A stretch of 64,000 nt of DNA from the NCBI GenBank assembly GCA_050049875.1, contig JASFVL010000001.1, positions 987 to 64,986 on the forward strand, given 5' to 3'. Each line of letters opens with the position of its first letter. Position 1 is the first letter of the stretch. Shown here in pieces: positions 48,385-59,203 of this stretch. Under the pieces are notes generated by a model, which saw only the letters and a list, made by a program, of their open reading frames with translations, did not search any database and was not told the origin of the DNA. A program made the translations under genes and the position numbers. Origin of the DNA: Anaerolineales bacterium (GTDB lineage: Bacteria; Chloroflexota; Anaerolineae; Anaerolineales; UBA11858).

Positions 48385-51186
48385 ATGCCGCTTATTTTAT
48401 ATTTAATAGATGGACATGCATTAGCCTATCGAACATACTTCGCACTCACTCGAGGATCTGCTGGGGGGCGTTGGACGACACGAAAAGGAGAACCCACTGC
48501 GGGGGTTTATGGTTTTACCAGCGTCTTGTTACGCATCTTAGAACAAGAAGAACCTGATTATTTGGCGGTTGCTTTTGATACTGGAAAGACCTTCAGGGAT
48601 GATATGTATCCCGAATATAAAGCTACTCGTGAGAAGATGCCAGATGATTTGAGGCCTCAAATTGAACGTATTCGCCAGTTAGTTGATACATTCAACATAC
48701 CGAGATTAGAGATGGAGGGGTATGAAGCGGATGATGTTCTGGGTAGTGCTGCCCGTCAAGCAGTTGATCAAGGTTTTGGGGTCAAGATTTTTACAGGGGA
48801 TCGAGACTTACTTCAGCTAGTGGAAGATCGTGTGATTGTAAACTTGCCTGGACGTAGTTTGTCTGATGCAAAAGATTACTTACCCGAAGATGTGGAAATA
48901 TATTTTGGTATCCGTCCAAATCAGGTGGTGGATTACAAAGCGTTAGTAGGGGACAAGTCAGATAACATCCCTGGTGTAAGAGGAGTCGGGGAAAAAACCG
49001 CAATAAAACTATTGAAGGAATATGATAACCTTGATCAAATCTATGACCATATAGAGGAGATAAAAGGACATATTCGCAAAAAATTGGAAGCCGGACGTGA
49101 AAACGCTTTTCTTAGTAGAAATTTAGCTTTAATCATTACGGACCTAAACTTGCACCTAGATTTGGATATGGCACGCCCAGAAAAGTTCAATCCGGTCAGG
49201 GTTAGAGATCTTTTCAGAGAGTTGGAATTTCGTTCTCTCCTCGACCGTTTGGAAAACTTAGAGCGAAAATATGGAAAAGAGATACCCTCAAAGGGTCATC
49301 AGCTCACCTTTTTCGATCAACCAGCCACTACGATGAATGTTGCAGATATCGTTGCGGAAGATGAACTGCTCGTGCAAGTGGTTGACAATCCGGAAGCCTT
49401 ACAATCTTTAGTCAAGCGCTTATTGGGTGCAGACGTGATCGCGTTTGATACAGAAACAACATCAACGGATCAAATGGACGCTGATTTGGTTGGGATCTCC
49501 TTGGCAGTAAAAGAAGGTGTAGGCTACTACATACCAGTGGGTCACGAGCAGAATAAAGGCTCTCAACTTCCCATTTCGGATGTGCTTGAGGCTTTGAAGA
49601 AACCCCTCTCGGAGGTGAAAATACCAAAGGTTGGGCATAATCTTAAATATGATTTTGTCGTTTTGAACCGGTTAGGATTAAGAGTAAGTCCATTGGGTTT
49701 TGATACGATGATCGCGGAGTGGTTGACCAATCCCTCTTCTCGCAATCTGGGTTTGAAAAACCTTGCATGGGTAAGACTCAATCACCAGATGACAAATATT
49801 GTAGAGTTGATTGGGAAGGGTAAGAACCAACGAAGCATGGCGGAAGTACAGATTTCTGAAGCAGCTGCATATGCAGTGGATGATGCCTCGGTGACATTGC
49901 GACTAAAAAAAATTCTTGAAAAGGAACTAGAGAGGATTAATGTCTCTGATCTATTCAACAATCTTGAGATGCCTTTAATAACAGTTCTGGCCGATATGGA
50001 AATGGCGGGTGTAAATCTCGATACCGAATTCCTGAGTCACATGTCGGATGATCTGGATGATCGAATGATTGAGATTGAAAGGCAAATAACCAATGAGGTT
50101 GGAGAAGAATTTAATTTAAACTCCCCACAGCAGCTATCCCATGCTCTATTTGATACTTTAGCGCTGAAACCACCAGATCGTACAAAACGTACATCAAGCG
50201 GATACTATTCGACTGCAGCCAGTATATTAGAATCGATACGCAATAAACACCCGGTAGTTGAGATGGTATTGGAATACCGTGAACTTTCGAAATTAAAATC
50301 CACGTATGTTGATGCGCTCCCCCAACAGGTTAATCATAAGACTGGGCGGGTTCATACATCGTACAATCAAGCTGGGTCAGTGACTGGTAGGATAGCATCA
50401 TCCAATCCAAACCTTCAAAATATTCCCATTCGAACGAGTATAGGTCGTAAGGTGCGACGAGCTTTTGTCGCTTCACCAGGGTATAAACTACTCGCGGTTG
50501 ATTATTCGCAAGTTGAGCTACGGATAGCAGCTCACTTGGCGCAAGACGAGGCAATGCTTAATGCCTTTAGAGCCGGTCAAGATATCCATACGGCAACAGC
50601 TTCAGCGATATATGATATCGCCCTTTCTGAAGTTAGCAGTGATCAACGTCGTCATGCGAAAGCAATAAATTTTGGTCTAATATATGGGATGAGCCCTTTT
50701 GGTTTGACAAGAACCACGAATTTGACCTTAGCTGAGGCTGAGGATTTTGTAAAGGCGTATTTTGAGCGTTTTCCTGGGATTAAGCAGTATTTGGGTAGCA
50801 TACGCCGCAAAGCCGCTGAAAACGGCTTTGTTGAGACGCTGATGGGGCGAAGAAGGTATTTCCCGGGGTTGCAGAGATCCTCAAATCGAAATGTTAGAAA
50901 CCGGGAGGAAAGGGAGGCAATAAATGCCCCCATTCAAGGAACAGCAGCAGATATAATTAAAATAGCTATGCTCCACGTTCATAAGTCCCTCGCAAAGGCA
51001 GGTTTATCCGCGAGTATGTTGCTTCAAGTGCATGATGAATTGGTTTTAGAGTGTCCATCCAATCAACTCAATGAAACTTCTGACCTTGTAAGACGGGAAA
51101 TGGAAGGAGCTTTCGAACTTGATATTCCACTTAAGACTGAGACGTGGATTGGTACTAATTGGGGTGAAATGGCACCCTTTGAATAA
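48385..51186 (+). CDS. polA: DNA polymerase I
   Basis: 5'-nuclease N-terminus. 3'-5' exonuclease ExoI motif AFDTETTS. Polymerase motifs DYSQVELRIAAHL and QVHDELVLE. Confidence 0.97.
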   Translation: MPLILYLIDGHALAYRTYFALTRGSAGGRWTTRKGEPTAGVYGFTSVLLRILEQEEPDYLAVAFDTGKTFRDDMYPEYKATREKMPDDLRPQIERIRQLVDTFNIPRLEMEGYEADDVLGSAARQAVDQGFGVKIFTGDRDLLQLVEDRVIVNLPGRSLSDAKDYLPEDVEIYFGIRPNQVVDYKALVGDKSDNIPGVRGVGEKTAIKLLKEYDNLDQIYDHIEEIKGHIRKKLEAGRENAFLSRNLALIITDLNLHLDLDMARPEKFNPVRVRDLFRELEFRSLLDRLENLERKYGKEIPSKGHQLTFFDQPATTMNVADIVAEDELLVQVVDNPEALQSLVKRLLGADVIAFDTETTSTDQMDADLVGISLAVKEGVGYYIPVGHEQNKGSQLPISDVLEALKKPLSEVKIPKVGHNLKYDFVVLNRLGLRVSPLGFDTMIAEWLTNPSSRNLGLKNLAWVRLNHQMTNIVELIGKGKNQRSMAEVQISEAAAYAVDDASVTLRLKKILEKELERINVSDLFNNLEMPLITVLADMEMAGVNLDTEFLSHMSDDLDDRMIEIERQITNEVGEEFNLNSPQQLSHALFDTLALKPPDRTKRTSSGYYSTAASILESIRNKHPVVEMVLEYRELSKLKSTYVDALPQQVNHKTGRVHTSYNQAGSVTGRIASSNPNLQNIPIRTSIGRKVRRAFVASPGYKLLAVDYSQVELRIAAHLAQDEAMLNAFRAGQDIHTATASAIYDIALSEVSSDQRRHAKAINFGLIYGMSPFGLTRTTNLTLAEAEDFVKAYFERFPGIKQYLGSIRRKAAENGFVETLMGRRRYFPGLQRSSNRNVRNREEREAINAPIQGTAADIIKIAMLHVHKSLAKAGLSASMLLQVHDELVLECPSNQLNETSDLVRREMEGAFELDIPLKTETWIGTNWGEMAPFE

Positions 51187-51246
51187 TTGGAAATATTTCG
51201 GGATACTGGGATTAGGTAATATTATTCGAGGATCCAGAGGATAATT

Positions 51247-53580
51247 ATGACTGTAAGTGAAGAGCGTTATCAGAAAGTCATTAATCAAGGACACTCAGCT
51301 GCCTGGGATATGGATTGGGGCAGTGCCGCAACGTACTACCGACAAGCCTTGGAGGAAAAACCTAATGACCTCCGAGCGCTTAATAGTTTAGCTTTGGCTT
51401 TATATGAATCAAGGGAATATAAAGATTCTTTAAAGACTTATTTGCACATATCTAAACTGTCACCCAAAAACCCTCTGCCGTTAGAAAAAGCTGCCAAGCT
51501 CTACGAGTTGATAGACCGACCCGAGCCCGCAGTGGAAATTGTTTCTCAGGCTGCAGAACTCTATCTATTGAAAAAGAATGTAGACAAAGCCATTGAATCC
51601 TGGTCTCGGGTGGTTAGTTTGGACCCTAAAAATTTGCGCGCTCACACGAAATTAGCGCTGATTTATGAGAAATTGGATCGTAAGGATCAAGCAGTTCGAG
51701 AGTATCTAAATATCGCCAGCTTGATGCAGCATGGTGGAGATGTTGAAAAGGCTGCACAAGCAGTCAACAGAGCGCTGATGCTTTCCCCTAAGAGTGATGA
51801 GGCGACGCAAGCGTTAGGAATGATTGGTAAGAACATCCTATTACCTGAAATCCCAGAACCACGTGGCGACACGGGACCGTTACCGCGTACTGATGGTCAA
51901 GAGGTTAAGAAGTTAGAATCACAATTATCAGAAGATTCATCGGATGATTTAGATCCAATAAGTGCGGCTCAAAAAGAGGCACTAATGGTAATTGCATCTG
52001 TTTTTTTTGAGCAACCAGAGGAGGAACAAAGACAAGAACATGATACCGGTCGTGGATTACAAGCGATTGTAAGTGGGGTAGGATCGCATTCACCAAAACA
52101 TCTCGATTACACAAGCATTAGGCTTCATTTGAGTCAAGCTGTAGAATCCCAAACGAACGGAGATCTCTCCCAAGCAGCTGAGGAGCTATCAAGAGCTATA
52201 CAAGCAGGTTTGGAGCACGTAGCAGTTTTTTTCAACCTAGGTTACTTATATGTTAAGAATGGCCGAATGCAAAGCGCACAGCGGGTTTTGCAACGATCTG
52301 TTACTCACCAAGAATATGCACTGGCTTCACGTCTACTGCTTGGGCAAACATTACGTGAGACAGGTAGATTAGTCGATGCCTCTAAGCAGTATCTCGAGGC
52401 ATTAAAATTGGCGGATTCAATGGTCGTGCCGTCAGAACTTGCTGAAGGTTTAAGACAATTGTATGAACCTATAATCGAAGCTCAATCGCTTGAAGCCGAC
52501 GAATCTCATCACAATGAACTCTGTGAAAGCATTGATGATTTATTAGTCCGTCCTAGGTGGGAAGAGCATTTGAGGGGTGTGCGGGAACAACTTATCACCC
52601 AGCCTGATGGGAGTCAACCACTTCCACTGGCAGAGCTCCTAATTCAGGCACGTAGCAGCCAAGTAGTTGAAGCTTTGAGTAATGTTGAAAAGCTTGCCCG
52701 TCAAGGATATTTAAACGCCGCGATGGAAGAAGCTCTCTTCGCGCTCCAGTACGCTCCAACATATCTTCCATTACATATAAAGATTGGTGACCTTTTAGTT
52801 AAATTAGATCTTGTATCGGAAGCGATTTCTAAGTTCATGACCGTCGCTAGGTATTACAGTGTACGAGGTGAAACACTACAGTCAATTGAAATCCTTCGTA
52901 AGATTGTAGAAATGGCCCCCATGGAATTAAATACTCGCCAATTATTGGTAGATCAATTGGTTGCACACGGTGATATCGAGTACGCTATTGATGAATATTT
53001 AAAAATTGCGGAGATCTACTACAATTTGGCCGATATAAATGAATCCCGCTCTATTTATACAGAAGCATTAAAATTAACACAGAAATATTCTGTTGATATC
53101 AATTGGAAAGTCAGGATCATGCATCGGATTGCGGATTTGGACGTTCAAAGTTTGGATTGGCGGCTTGCTTTGCGCATATATAAAGAGATCAGCAAACTCA
53201 AGCCGGATGATGCTAAGGCTCGCCAACGTATTGTTGAATTAAGTTTCCGCCTTGGGCAGGGAGCTCAAGCGATAGATGAAGTCAGGAATTTCGTCGCATT
53301 CATGCGGAAAACTTCAGACTTTGATCTGTTGTTAGAGTTTTTGGAATATTTAGTAAGTGAATATCCAGAGAACGGAATTATCCGGCGGTACTTGGCTGAG
53401 CAATATAGACATCTAGATCAAATTTCAGACGCTATAGCGCAATATGACACTGCGAATGAGATTTTCTTAGCAAATGGAAATCGTAAAGCTGCTGTGGAGA
53501 CGATTACTGATTTATTAGAACTCAATCCCCCCAATATCGATGATTACCGCCAATTGTTAACTGAACTTAAATCTCAATAG
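51247..53580 (+). CDS. TPR-repeat protein (777 aa)
   Basis: Repeated 34-aa A/L/Y-patterned helical units at both ends, with an acidic central linker. Confidence 0.8.
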   Translation: MTVSEERYQKVINQGHSAAWDMDWGSAATYYRQALEEKPNDLRALNSLALALYESREYKDSLKTYLHISKLSPKNPLPLEKAAKLYELIDRPEPAVEIVSQAAELYLLKKNVDKAIESWSRVVSLDPKNLRAHTKLALIYEKLDRKDQAVREYLNIASLMQHGGDVEKAAQAVNRALMLSPKSDEATQALGMIGKNILLPEIPEPRGDTGPLPRTDGQEVKKLESQLSEDSSDDLDPISAAQKEALMVIASVFFEQPEEEQRQEHDTGRGLQAIVSGVGSHSPKHLDYTSIRLHLSQAVESQTNGDLSQAAEELSRAIQAGLEHVAVFFNLGYLYVKNGRMQSAQRVLQRSVTHQEYALASRLLLGQTLRETGRLVDASKQYLEALKLADSMVVPSELAEGLRQLYEPIIEAQSLEADESHHNELCESIDDLLVRPRWEEHLRGVREQLITQPDGSQPLPLAELLIQARSSQVVEALSNVEKLARQGYLNAAMEEALFALQYAPTYLPLHIKIGDLLVKLDLVSEAISKFMTVARYYSVRGETLQSIEILRKIVEMAPMELNTRQLLVDQLVAHGDIEYAIDEYLKIAEIYYNLADINESRSIYTEALKLTQKYSVDINWKVRIMHRIADLDVQSLDWRLALRIYKEISKLKPDDAKARQRIVELSFRLGQGAQAIDEVRNFVAFMRKTSDFDLLLEFLEYLVSEYPENGIIRRYLAEQYRHLDQISDAIAQYDTANEIFLANGNRKAAVETITDLLELNPPNIDDYRQLLTELKSQ

Positions 53581-53653
53581 AGGGGCAGAATCAATCCAGA
53601 AACGGACACCTTTTTTTAAATCTACGATAAATAAAATTGGGGGACCTAATGGA

Positions 53654-54613
53654 CTACCACCATATCTGGAAGGATGTCCGAGATTGTTCCTTAAGTGTCT
53701 TATAGTTCACAGTTACCAAGATGTCTGCGCGTCCGAAATTATTAGTGAAAATTGGAATCGGTTGCGAGACACTAACCCCATATTTGTTGCTATTTTCCAT
53801 GATATAGTTCACGGGTTTTTCACCTGGAAGCTGTAGGATAAAGTTTACATTCGCTCCGGGTACTGGTTGCATGGTATGGTCTTGGACGATTACGTAAACG
53901 ATTTGTTGGCTTCCAGAGAAGGGGACTGTAGGGTGTTTAACAAAGGTATGAACTTGAAGTTCTATCGGTTGCCGAGGGCTGTTCCCAACTTGTGAAGGTG
54001 GTAATCGCTCTGGGTCTTCGCCAATTAAATAAAAGTATCTTCGTCCCAATTCCGTCAAAGTAACCCATTGACCTTTTGTATTTTCAGGGTGCCATTCAAA
54101 GCGGGCGCGTTGAAAATATTGGACGATTCTGCCCTCGTGAATCTCAAAATCTGATATTGGATAACCAAATTGAACAACTCCCCCATATTTATTGAAAAAA
54201 TCCAGAAAGGCATAGCATACTTGATGATTTGTCAACTCAAATCGCTGACAAGCAGGAAAATTGGGTGGTATGGGAAGAGTATTTCCTGGAGAGTAGAGAT
54301 ACTCACCTAAATAAGAGGTTTGAACCTGGAGTTCAGGCGGTGCATTTGGATGGAATTCAAAGCGCGCATTTTCAAAATATTGAATCAACAAGCCGGTTAA
54401 TTGATCTTCATACGCCTCAGTGATTGGGTATCCAAATAGTACTTGAGGATCTGAAACGCTGTAATACTTCTCTAAAAATGGTCCTGTTACCCAATGACCC
54501 GTTTCTGGAAAAAGCTGACCTTCTGAGTTTTGAGCATACGCTTTACCCCCACCTGTTGCGATAATCACCAGGAGTGTAAAGACCATACCTCCAAACACTC
54601 TCCTAAAACTCAT
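53654..54613 (-). CDS. Secreted protein with two ~65-aa internal repeats and a C-terminal Ig-like region
   Basis: Signal peptide ending AYAQ. Repeats share FGYPI(T/S)...(I/V)QYF(E/Q)(N/R)ARFE(F/W)HP. Confidence 0.7.
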   Translation of the reverse strand: MSFRRVFGGMVFTLLVIIATGGGKAYAQNSEGQLFPETGHWVTGPFLEKYYSVSDPQVLFGYPITEAYEDQLTGLLIQYFENARFEFHPNAPPELQVQTSYLGEYLYSPGNTLPIPPNFPACQRFELTNHQVCYAFLDFFNKYGGVVQFGYPISDFEIHEGRIVQYFQRARFEWHPENTKGQWVTLTELGRRYFYLIGEDPERLPPSQVGNSPRQPIELQVHTFVKHPTVPFSGSQQIVYVIVQDHTMQPVPGANVNFILQLPGEKPVNYIMENSNKYGVSVSQPIPIFTNNFGRADILVTVNYKTLKEQSRTSFQIWW

Positions 54614-54652
54614 GTAAGTATTATAGTAAAGAAATTGAAAAATGACAATACC

Positions 54653-54689
54653 TTAAAGAATCGAATAGTTTTACATTAAAGAATCGAAT
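54653..54689. repeat. 14-bp direct repeat TTAAAGAATCGAAT x2 (period 23 bp) upstream of the 53654-54613 gene
   Basis: Read directly: copies at 54653-54666 and 54676-54689. Confidence 0.4.
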
Positions 54690-54773
54690 TTTTTAAGAAC
54701 TTAAATCCTAATCTTTAACAAAAGAAAACGACTAGTTCTTTAAATTTCAATTGGTTATTATTCTATCGCGGGC

Positions 54774-55487
54774 TTATTTTTTTCGTTGAAAATCGCGTTC
54801 AGCTTGGAACACCCCCAACGCTTCAGTTAATTGGTCTGTACGATTTATTATTAGGTCTGATCCAGCTTGTCGCAATTCATCTTCCTCCCCAAATCCGCAT
54901 AGAACACCCACTGATTGGGATCCAGCAGCTTTAGCAGCTAGGATATCAACAACAGTATCACCAATCATCAGGCAATGCTTTGGTTCTACGTTCATCTGTT
55001 TAGCTGCCCAAATAATTTGGTCAGGATAAGGCTTTTTGTGTGCACATGTTTGTGCAGTTGCAATGCATTGGAAGAATGATTTTAGTTCGAATTGCTCAAT
55101 AAATCGATTTGTACTCCGCCTTCCTCGAGAACTAACAACTGATAGGGGAAATCTTCGATAGAGCTTTATTAGCATATCCTTTACACCTGGAATAATAATG
55201 AATGGTTCCGAAGCTGAACCAATACCCAACCGATATACGATATCTCCAAAATTTGAAATTATGTTATCAATTCCCAAGCGGTCCGATAACCCATACAGAT
55301 AATTTCCTGGCGACTCAGTTGCCATTACTAGACGACGAGCAACGAGTACCGGATCATTTTGAGAAAATAGGTATCGTACCGGGCGAAGCAGTTTGGAAAG
55401 CCTCAAAACGAACTGGTCGTCGGTGTCACTGAGAGATCCGTCAATATCAAAACACAAAGCTTGAACGCGATTGATATTTAGAGACAT
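54774..55487 (-). CDS. HAD-superfamily hydrolase (phosphoglycolate phosphatase-like)
   Basis: Motif I FDIDGSLSDTD, motif II VVSS, and motif IV GDTVVDI. Confidence 0.85.
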   Translation of the reverse strand: MSLNINRVQALCFDIDGSLSDTDDQFVLRLSKLLRPVRYLFSQNDPVLVARRLVMATESPGNYLYGLSDRLGIDNIISNFGDIVYRLGIGSASEPFIIIPGVKDMLIKLYRRFPLSVVSSRGRRSTNRFIEQFELKSFFQCIATAQTCAHKKPYPDQIIWAAKQMNVEPKHCLMIGDTVVDILAAKAAGSQSVGVLCGFGEEDELRQAGSDLIINRTDQLTEALGVFQAERDFQRKK

Positions 55488-55503
55488 ATCGATGTATTCG
55501 GTT

Positions 55504-55980
55504 TTATTCAGGAATCAAGTAATCGGGGATTTGAACAGCAACAACTTCACCTTCGGCGCAGATTTCTCCTTGAACAGATAGTTGGATTGCAACAATTACT
55601 TTACGCCCCTTTATCTCTGTAGCCCGACCTCGTAATTCAATTGGAGGTCCAAGTGGGGTGGGTTTTAGGTAATTGACATGTAAAGAAGCAGTCACATAGC
55701 GTAATGGAGGATTAGTATCCATTGCGCGATTTTCAGCATGGTATGCTGCACCAGCGGCTGTGCCTGTTCCATGACAGTCAATTAAAGAAGCTATTAAGCC
55801 TCCGTATACATAACCAGGTATCGCGGTGTGAAAGGGTTTTGGTTTAAAGGTGCATATCGCTTCCGATTTGTCATCATCCCAATAACTCTTGATTTGTAAG
55901 CCATGCTCGTTTAAACGACCACATCCATAACAGTGACTCATATGATCAGGGTAATAGTCTTGGAATGCTTTCTGTGTCAT
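55504..55980 (-). CDS. PaaI-family hotdog-fold thioesterase
   Basis: N-terminal HCYGCGRLNEHGL and the core YVYGGLIASLIDCHG. Confidence 0.75.
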   Translation of the reverse strand: MTQKAFQDYYPDHMSHCYGCGRLNEHGLQIKSYWDDDKSEAICTFKPKPFHTAIPGYVYGGLIASLIDCHGTGTAAGAAYHAENRAMDTNPPLRYVTASLHVNYLKPTPLGPPIELRGRATEIKGRKVIVAIQLSVQGEICAEGEVVAVQIPDYLIPE

Positions 55981-56531
55981 GTTTCCTGGTTATCTTTAGT
56001 ATGTTCGTCAGAATCAACGATCTCTTCTTTGGGTTGGAAGGATGTTGATAAGGAAGCCATGGCTTCATCTAAGGACAGTTGTTCACGACGTGTTCCAGGC
56101 GTGGGTGTTCCACAATAGGGACATAAATTCCATGGAAGCTCCATCAACCTTTCGCAGTTGTGACAGGATTTCTTCAGTTTGGTATGGCAATTTGGGCATA
56201 CTACCCAGTCTTCTTTTGCGTGACGGCCACACCCTGGACACATAAGAGTCTCTTCGATGGAATAAAGTAGAGCCTCCTCTTCTAGAGTTTGCTGGTATTC
56301 ATCCTCCAAGGTTCGATGAGGGCGAAGAATTAAATAGATCACTATTCCTGGTAGAAATAGGACAGCAACAATTAAAACAGCCAAAATTCGGCCTAATGGA
56401 TCACGTGCCCTAGAACGGATATCTCGATAGGTCCATACGATTAGACTCAGCCATAGGGCTGCAATAAATGCACCACCCCAAGCTGTTAGAATGAGAAGAA
56501 AGGAGCTAAGAGACGACGGATCAAAAGTCAT
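55977..56531 (-). CDS. Membrane protein: PLD-N-terminal-like 2-TM domain plus double zinc-ribbon
   Basis: WTYRDIRSR...LPGIVIYLILRP pattern, followed by CPGCG...CPNCH...CHNC...CPYCG. Its stop overlaps the thioesterase start (4 nt). Confidence 0.6.
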   Translation of the reverse strand: MTFDPSSLSSFLLILTAWGGAFIAALWLSLIVWTYRDIRSRARDPLGRILAVLIVAVLFLPGIVIYLILRPHRTLEDEYQQTLEEEALLYSIEETLMCPGCGRHAKEDWVVCPNCHTKLKKSCHNCERLMELPWNLCPYCGTPTPGTRREQLSLDEAMASLSTSFQPKEEIVDSDEHTKDNQET

Positions 56532-56798
56532 TTGTGATCCCCTACAGATTGGTTAATCTAATGATTATTATTCGCTGATTTGGAATGTTTGTTCCATAAA
56601 TCGCATGTCAGGAGATTATAGCATGGATTTTCAACCCCTAAGATTTGATATTTTCCATAGCATAACTTAAAATGTTCTGATCTAGGTATCGTGTTCATAA
56701 TGGGAACGTTTTCTTTCTATGGTCAGTTGAAGACTTTCGGATTGGGAGTTCAAATTCAGAGTATGATTACACGACAGAAGTGTATAGGAGAATGAGAC

Positions 56799-57500
56799 AT
56801 GGGCGCGGAAGCTATATCATACCGAATCACAGATTTAGCTATTAGTGAACGTCCTCGAGAAAGACTTGAAAACCATGGGCCACAAGCGTTGAGTTCTGCT
56901 GAACTCCTTGCAATTCTATTGAGAGTTGGGGTGTCAGGAGAGAATGCTGTTCAGGTTGGTCAACGACTTCTTCAAACTTTTGAAGGACTTCCTGGTCTGC
57001 AAAAAGCAACCTTTGCAGATATATGTAACCAACATGGGGTTGGTCCAGCTAAGGCTGCACAAATTCAAGCAGCCATTGAGTTGGGTCGTAGATTGGCAGG
57101 TGTTGCTCCTGAAGAACGACCAACTATTCACTCCCCGTCAGACGCTGCTGATTTGGTTCGGTATGAAATGACCGCATTGGAACAGGAACATCTTCGAGTA
57201 ATATTATTGGATACACGTAATAGGGTATTAGATATCGTTGAAGTCTATCGGGGATCTCTTAACTCCTCACAGATTCGTGTGGGTGAGGTATTTAAGAGTG
57301 CCATACGAAGAAATGCGGCTGCGATCATTGTCGTACACAACCATCCCAGTGGGGATCCTTCGCCCAGTCCTGATGATATAACAGTCACAAAAGCTTTGAA
57401 AGAGGGGGGGCATTTATTGGACATCGAAGTGTTGGACCATATAATCATCGCGGGGGGTCGTTTTGTATCTCTAAAGGAGCGAGGTTTGGGATTTTCTTAG
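56799..57500 (+). CDS. radC: RadC-family JAB/MPN domain protein (UPF0758)
   Basis: N-terminal HhH region ([14 protein letters not shown]) and JAMM-like [14 protein letters not shown]. Confidence 0.9.
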   Translation: MGAEAISYRITDLAISERPRERLENHGPQALSSAELLAILLRVGVSGENAVQVGQRLLQTFEGLPGLQKATFADICNQHGVGPAKAAQIQAAIELGRRLAGVAPEERPTIHSPSDAADLVRYEMTALEQEHLRVILLDTRNRVLDIVEVYRGSLNSSQIRVGEVFKSAIRRNAAAIIVVHNHPSGDPSPSPDDITVTKALKEGGHLLDIEVLDHIIIAGGRFVSLKERGLGFS

Positions 57501-57597
57501 GATCTTTGCACAAGCAAGATATCCTGAATGATTATAATTATCTCATTGTGACAGGGAATCCCGATTTATCAATTGTTTTTCACATTTTTTTGAGATG

Positions 57598-57891
57598 CTA
57601 ACGAGTCATTCTAACTTGAAATTCTTTGAATTCAGCTGCGTAATCATGCCACTCATATTTTACAGCAGTTACATTGGCTGAAGCAGGGCCTCGGTGGAGT
57701 TCCTTTATTAATGATTCTAGGTTTTTAGATTTGCCTTCAGCGACGACCTCAACTGTACCATCCCATCGGTTTCGCACCCATCCATTTATCCCAAAACGTC
57801 TCGCTGTTTGTGTCACGAAGTATCGAAAGTTAACTCCTTGGACACGACCTTCTACAATTGCGTGAAGCCGGCGATTCTCTATTTCATCCAT
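57598..57891 (-). CDS. acyP: Acylphosphatase
   Basis: VEGRVQGVNFRYF and GWVRN motifs. 97 aa. Confidence 0.9.
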   Translation of the reverse strand: MDEIENRRLHAIVEGRVQGVNFRYFVTQTARRFGINGWVRNRWDGTVEVVAEGKSKNLESLIKELHRGPASANVTAVKYEWHDYAAEFKEFQVRMTR

Positions 57892-57984
57892 TAATCCTCC
57901 TTAAAATCGAGTAACGATAGATTTTGTATGAAGTATAAAGAATGATCCTTCCAATGAATCTGTGGATCAATGCTATACTCTTGT

Positions 57985-59202
57985 TCATCTTTCCGGGATG
58001 GGTCTAGAGTTGTAACTACCCTCACGCTTCGATTTTGTTAGCGATAGAATGATAGGAGCCAACATGACAGCGATAATGAGGATTGTCCAAGGGAAAAATT
58101 GTCCTATAGCGTTTTGAGCCGCGTTTTCATTAAATCGTTCTTCACGCCACCCTCTTTCCAATTGCTGCAATGAGGTTCCCAAAGATACTTCTACCCCGCG
58201 TTCACAGCTCATACCCTGCGCGTAAACGTTGATCAAATCATGGATGCCGGTCTTTCCAAACTGTTGAGTCAGGTAACGAGTGAAATCTGTTGATTCTGCA
58301 TATGCTAATAAAAAACTAGAAGCTTCCAAGGGGAATGAGTCACACAAATCAGCGATTGGAAGTAGTGATCCATTTTGATAAGATGTCTCTAAAAGTAGTT
58401 GATAATCAGGGTTTGGAAATAATTCAGCAATTGATGCTAATCCTTCGTTCAACCAGTTGGGGATATTCTCATATGCTGGACCGGTAGCTTGGTATAGCAT
58501 GATATGAGTTAGTTCGTGGGGAATTTGCCTCCGTATCTCTAGAGATTGGTCCGGTCCAGGTGGTAGTGATACGAGGATTACTTGTAAATCCGGATTTGCG
58601 TGACCAGCAACCCAATTTTGCCCTGCCAGACGAAGAGTAGCTTGCATTTCAAGAGCGCTTGCATATGTATAGATTTTTATCGTTTCAGGTTTAGGAGCGT
58701 CGAAGTACTCATTAATTTTTCTAAGACCCTCCTGTGCGACATTGATAATGCTTTGTGCAAAATCTATCTCTCCTTCGTACCAATATAATTGGAAAATGTC
58801 AGATTCAAGTGATCGCCATTGGAAGCGATTATCTTCATAGTAGAAATCGTAAATTGGGCTGATGAATTCTTCTCCATCGTCAAATATGATTTGATACCAA
58901 TATGTATTTTGGGAAAAAACTCTAAGGGGGCGCTCGTTCAAATCAAGGATGTGAACATACTCATCGGGAAGGTTCATTTGTGAGTGTTCGATGATTTCTA
59001 TCGTATCGTTCTCGGTTTGTATAAAGAGGAAGACGTTATCAAAAGTTTTATCGGCTGATATTTCTGCTCGAAATATAATCTGCCCGCCAAAGGTATATTC
59101 AACTGATGGGTTTTTTATATTCACATGAGTTGTAGCTCGCGCAGTGCTATATACTCCACTAAAAACCAAGAATAAAAATATTGTTGTCAGGAGTTTACGC
59201 AT
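57985..59202 (-). CDS. Peptidase MA-like zinc metalloprotease, secreted with a C-terminal TM anchor
   Basis: Signal peptide. HEXXH (IPHELTHIM) plus the downstream WLNEGLASIAE (gluzincin third ligand). C-terminal TM segment. Confidence 0.7.
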   Translation of the reverse strand: MRKLLTTIFLFLVFSGVYSTARATTHVNIKNPSVEYTFGGQIIFRAEISADKTFDNVFLFIQTENDTIEIIEHSQMNLPDEYVHILDLNERPLRVFSQNTYWYQIIFDDGEEFISPIYDFYYEDNRFQWRSLESDIFQLYWYEGEIDFAQSIINVAQEGLRKINEYFDAPKPETIKIYTYASALEMQATLRLAGQNWVAGHANPDLQVILVSLPPGPDQSLEIRRQIPHELTHIMLYQATGPAYENIPNWLNEGLASIAELFPNPDYQLLLETSYQNGSLLPIADLCDSFPLEASSFLLAYAESTDFTRYLTQQFGKTGIHDLINVYAQGMSCERGVEVSLGTSLQQLERGWREERFNENAAQNAIGQFFPWTILIIAVMLAPIILSLTKSKREGSYNSRPIPER

Positions 59203-59203
59203 C

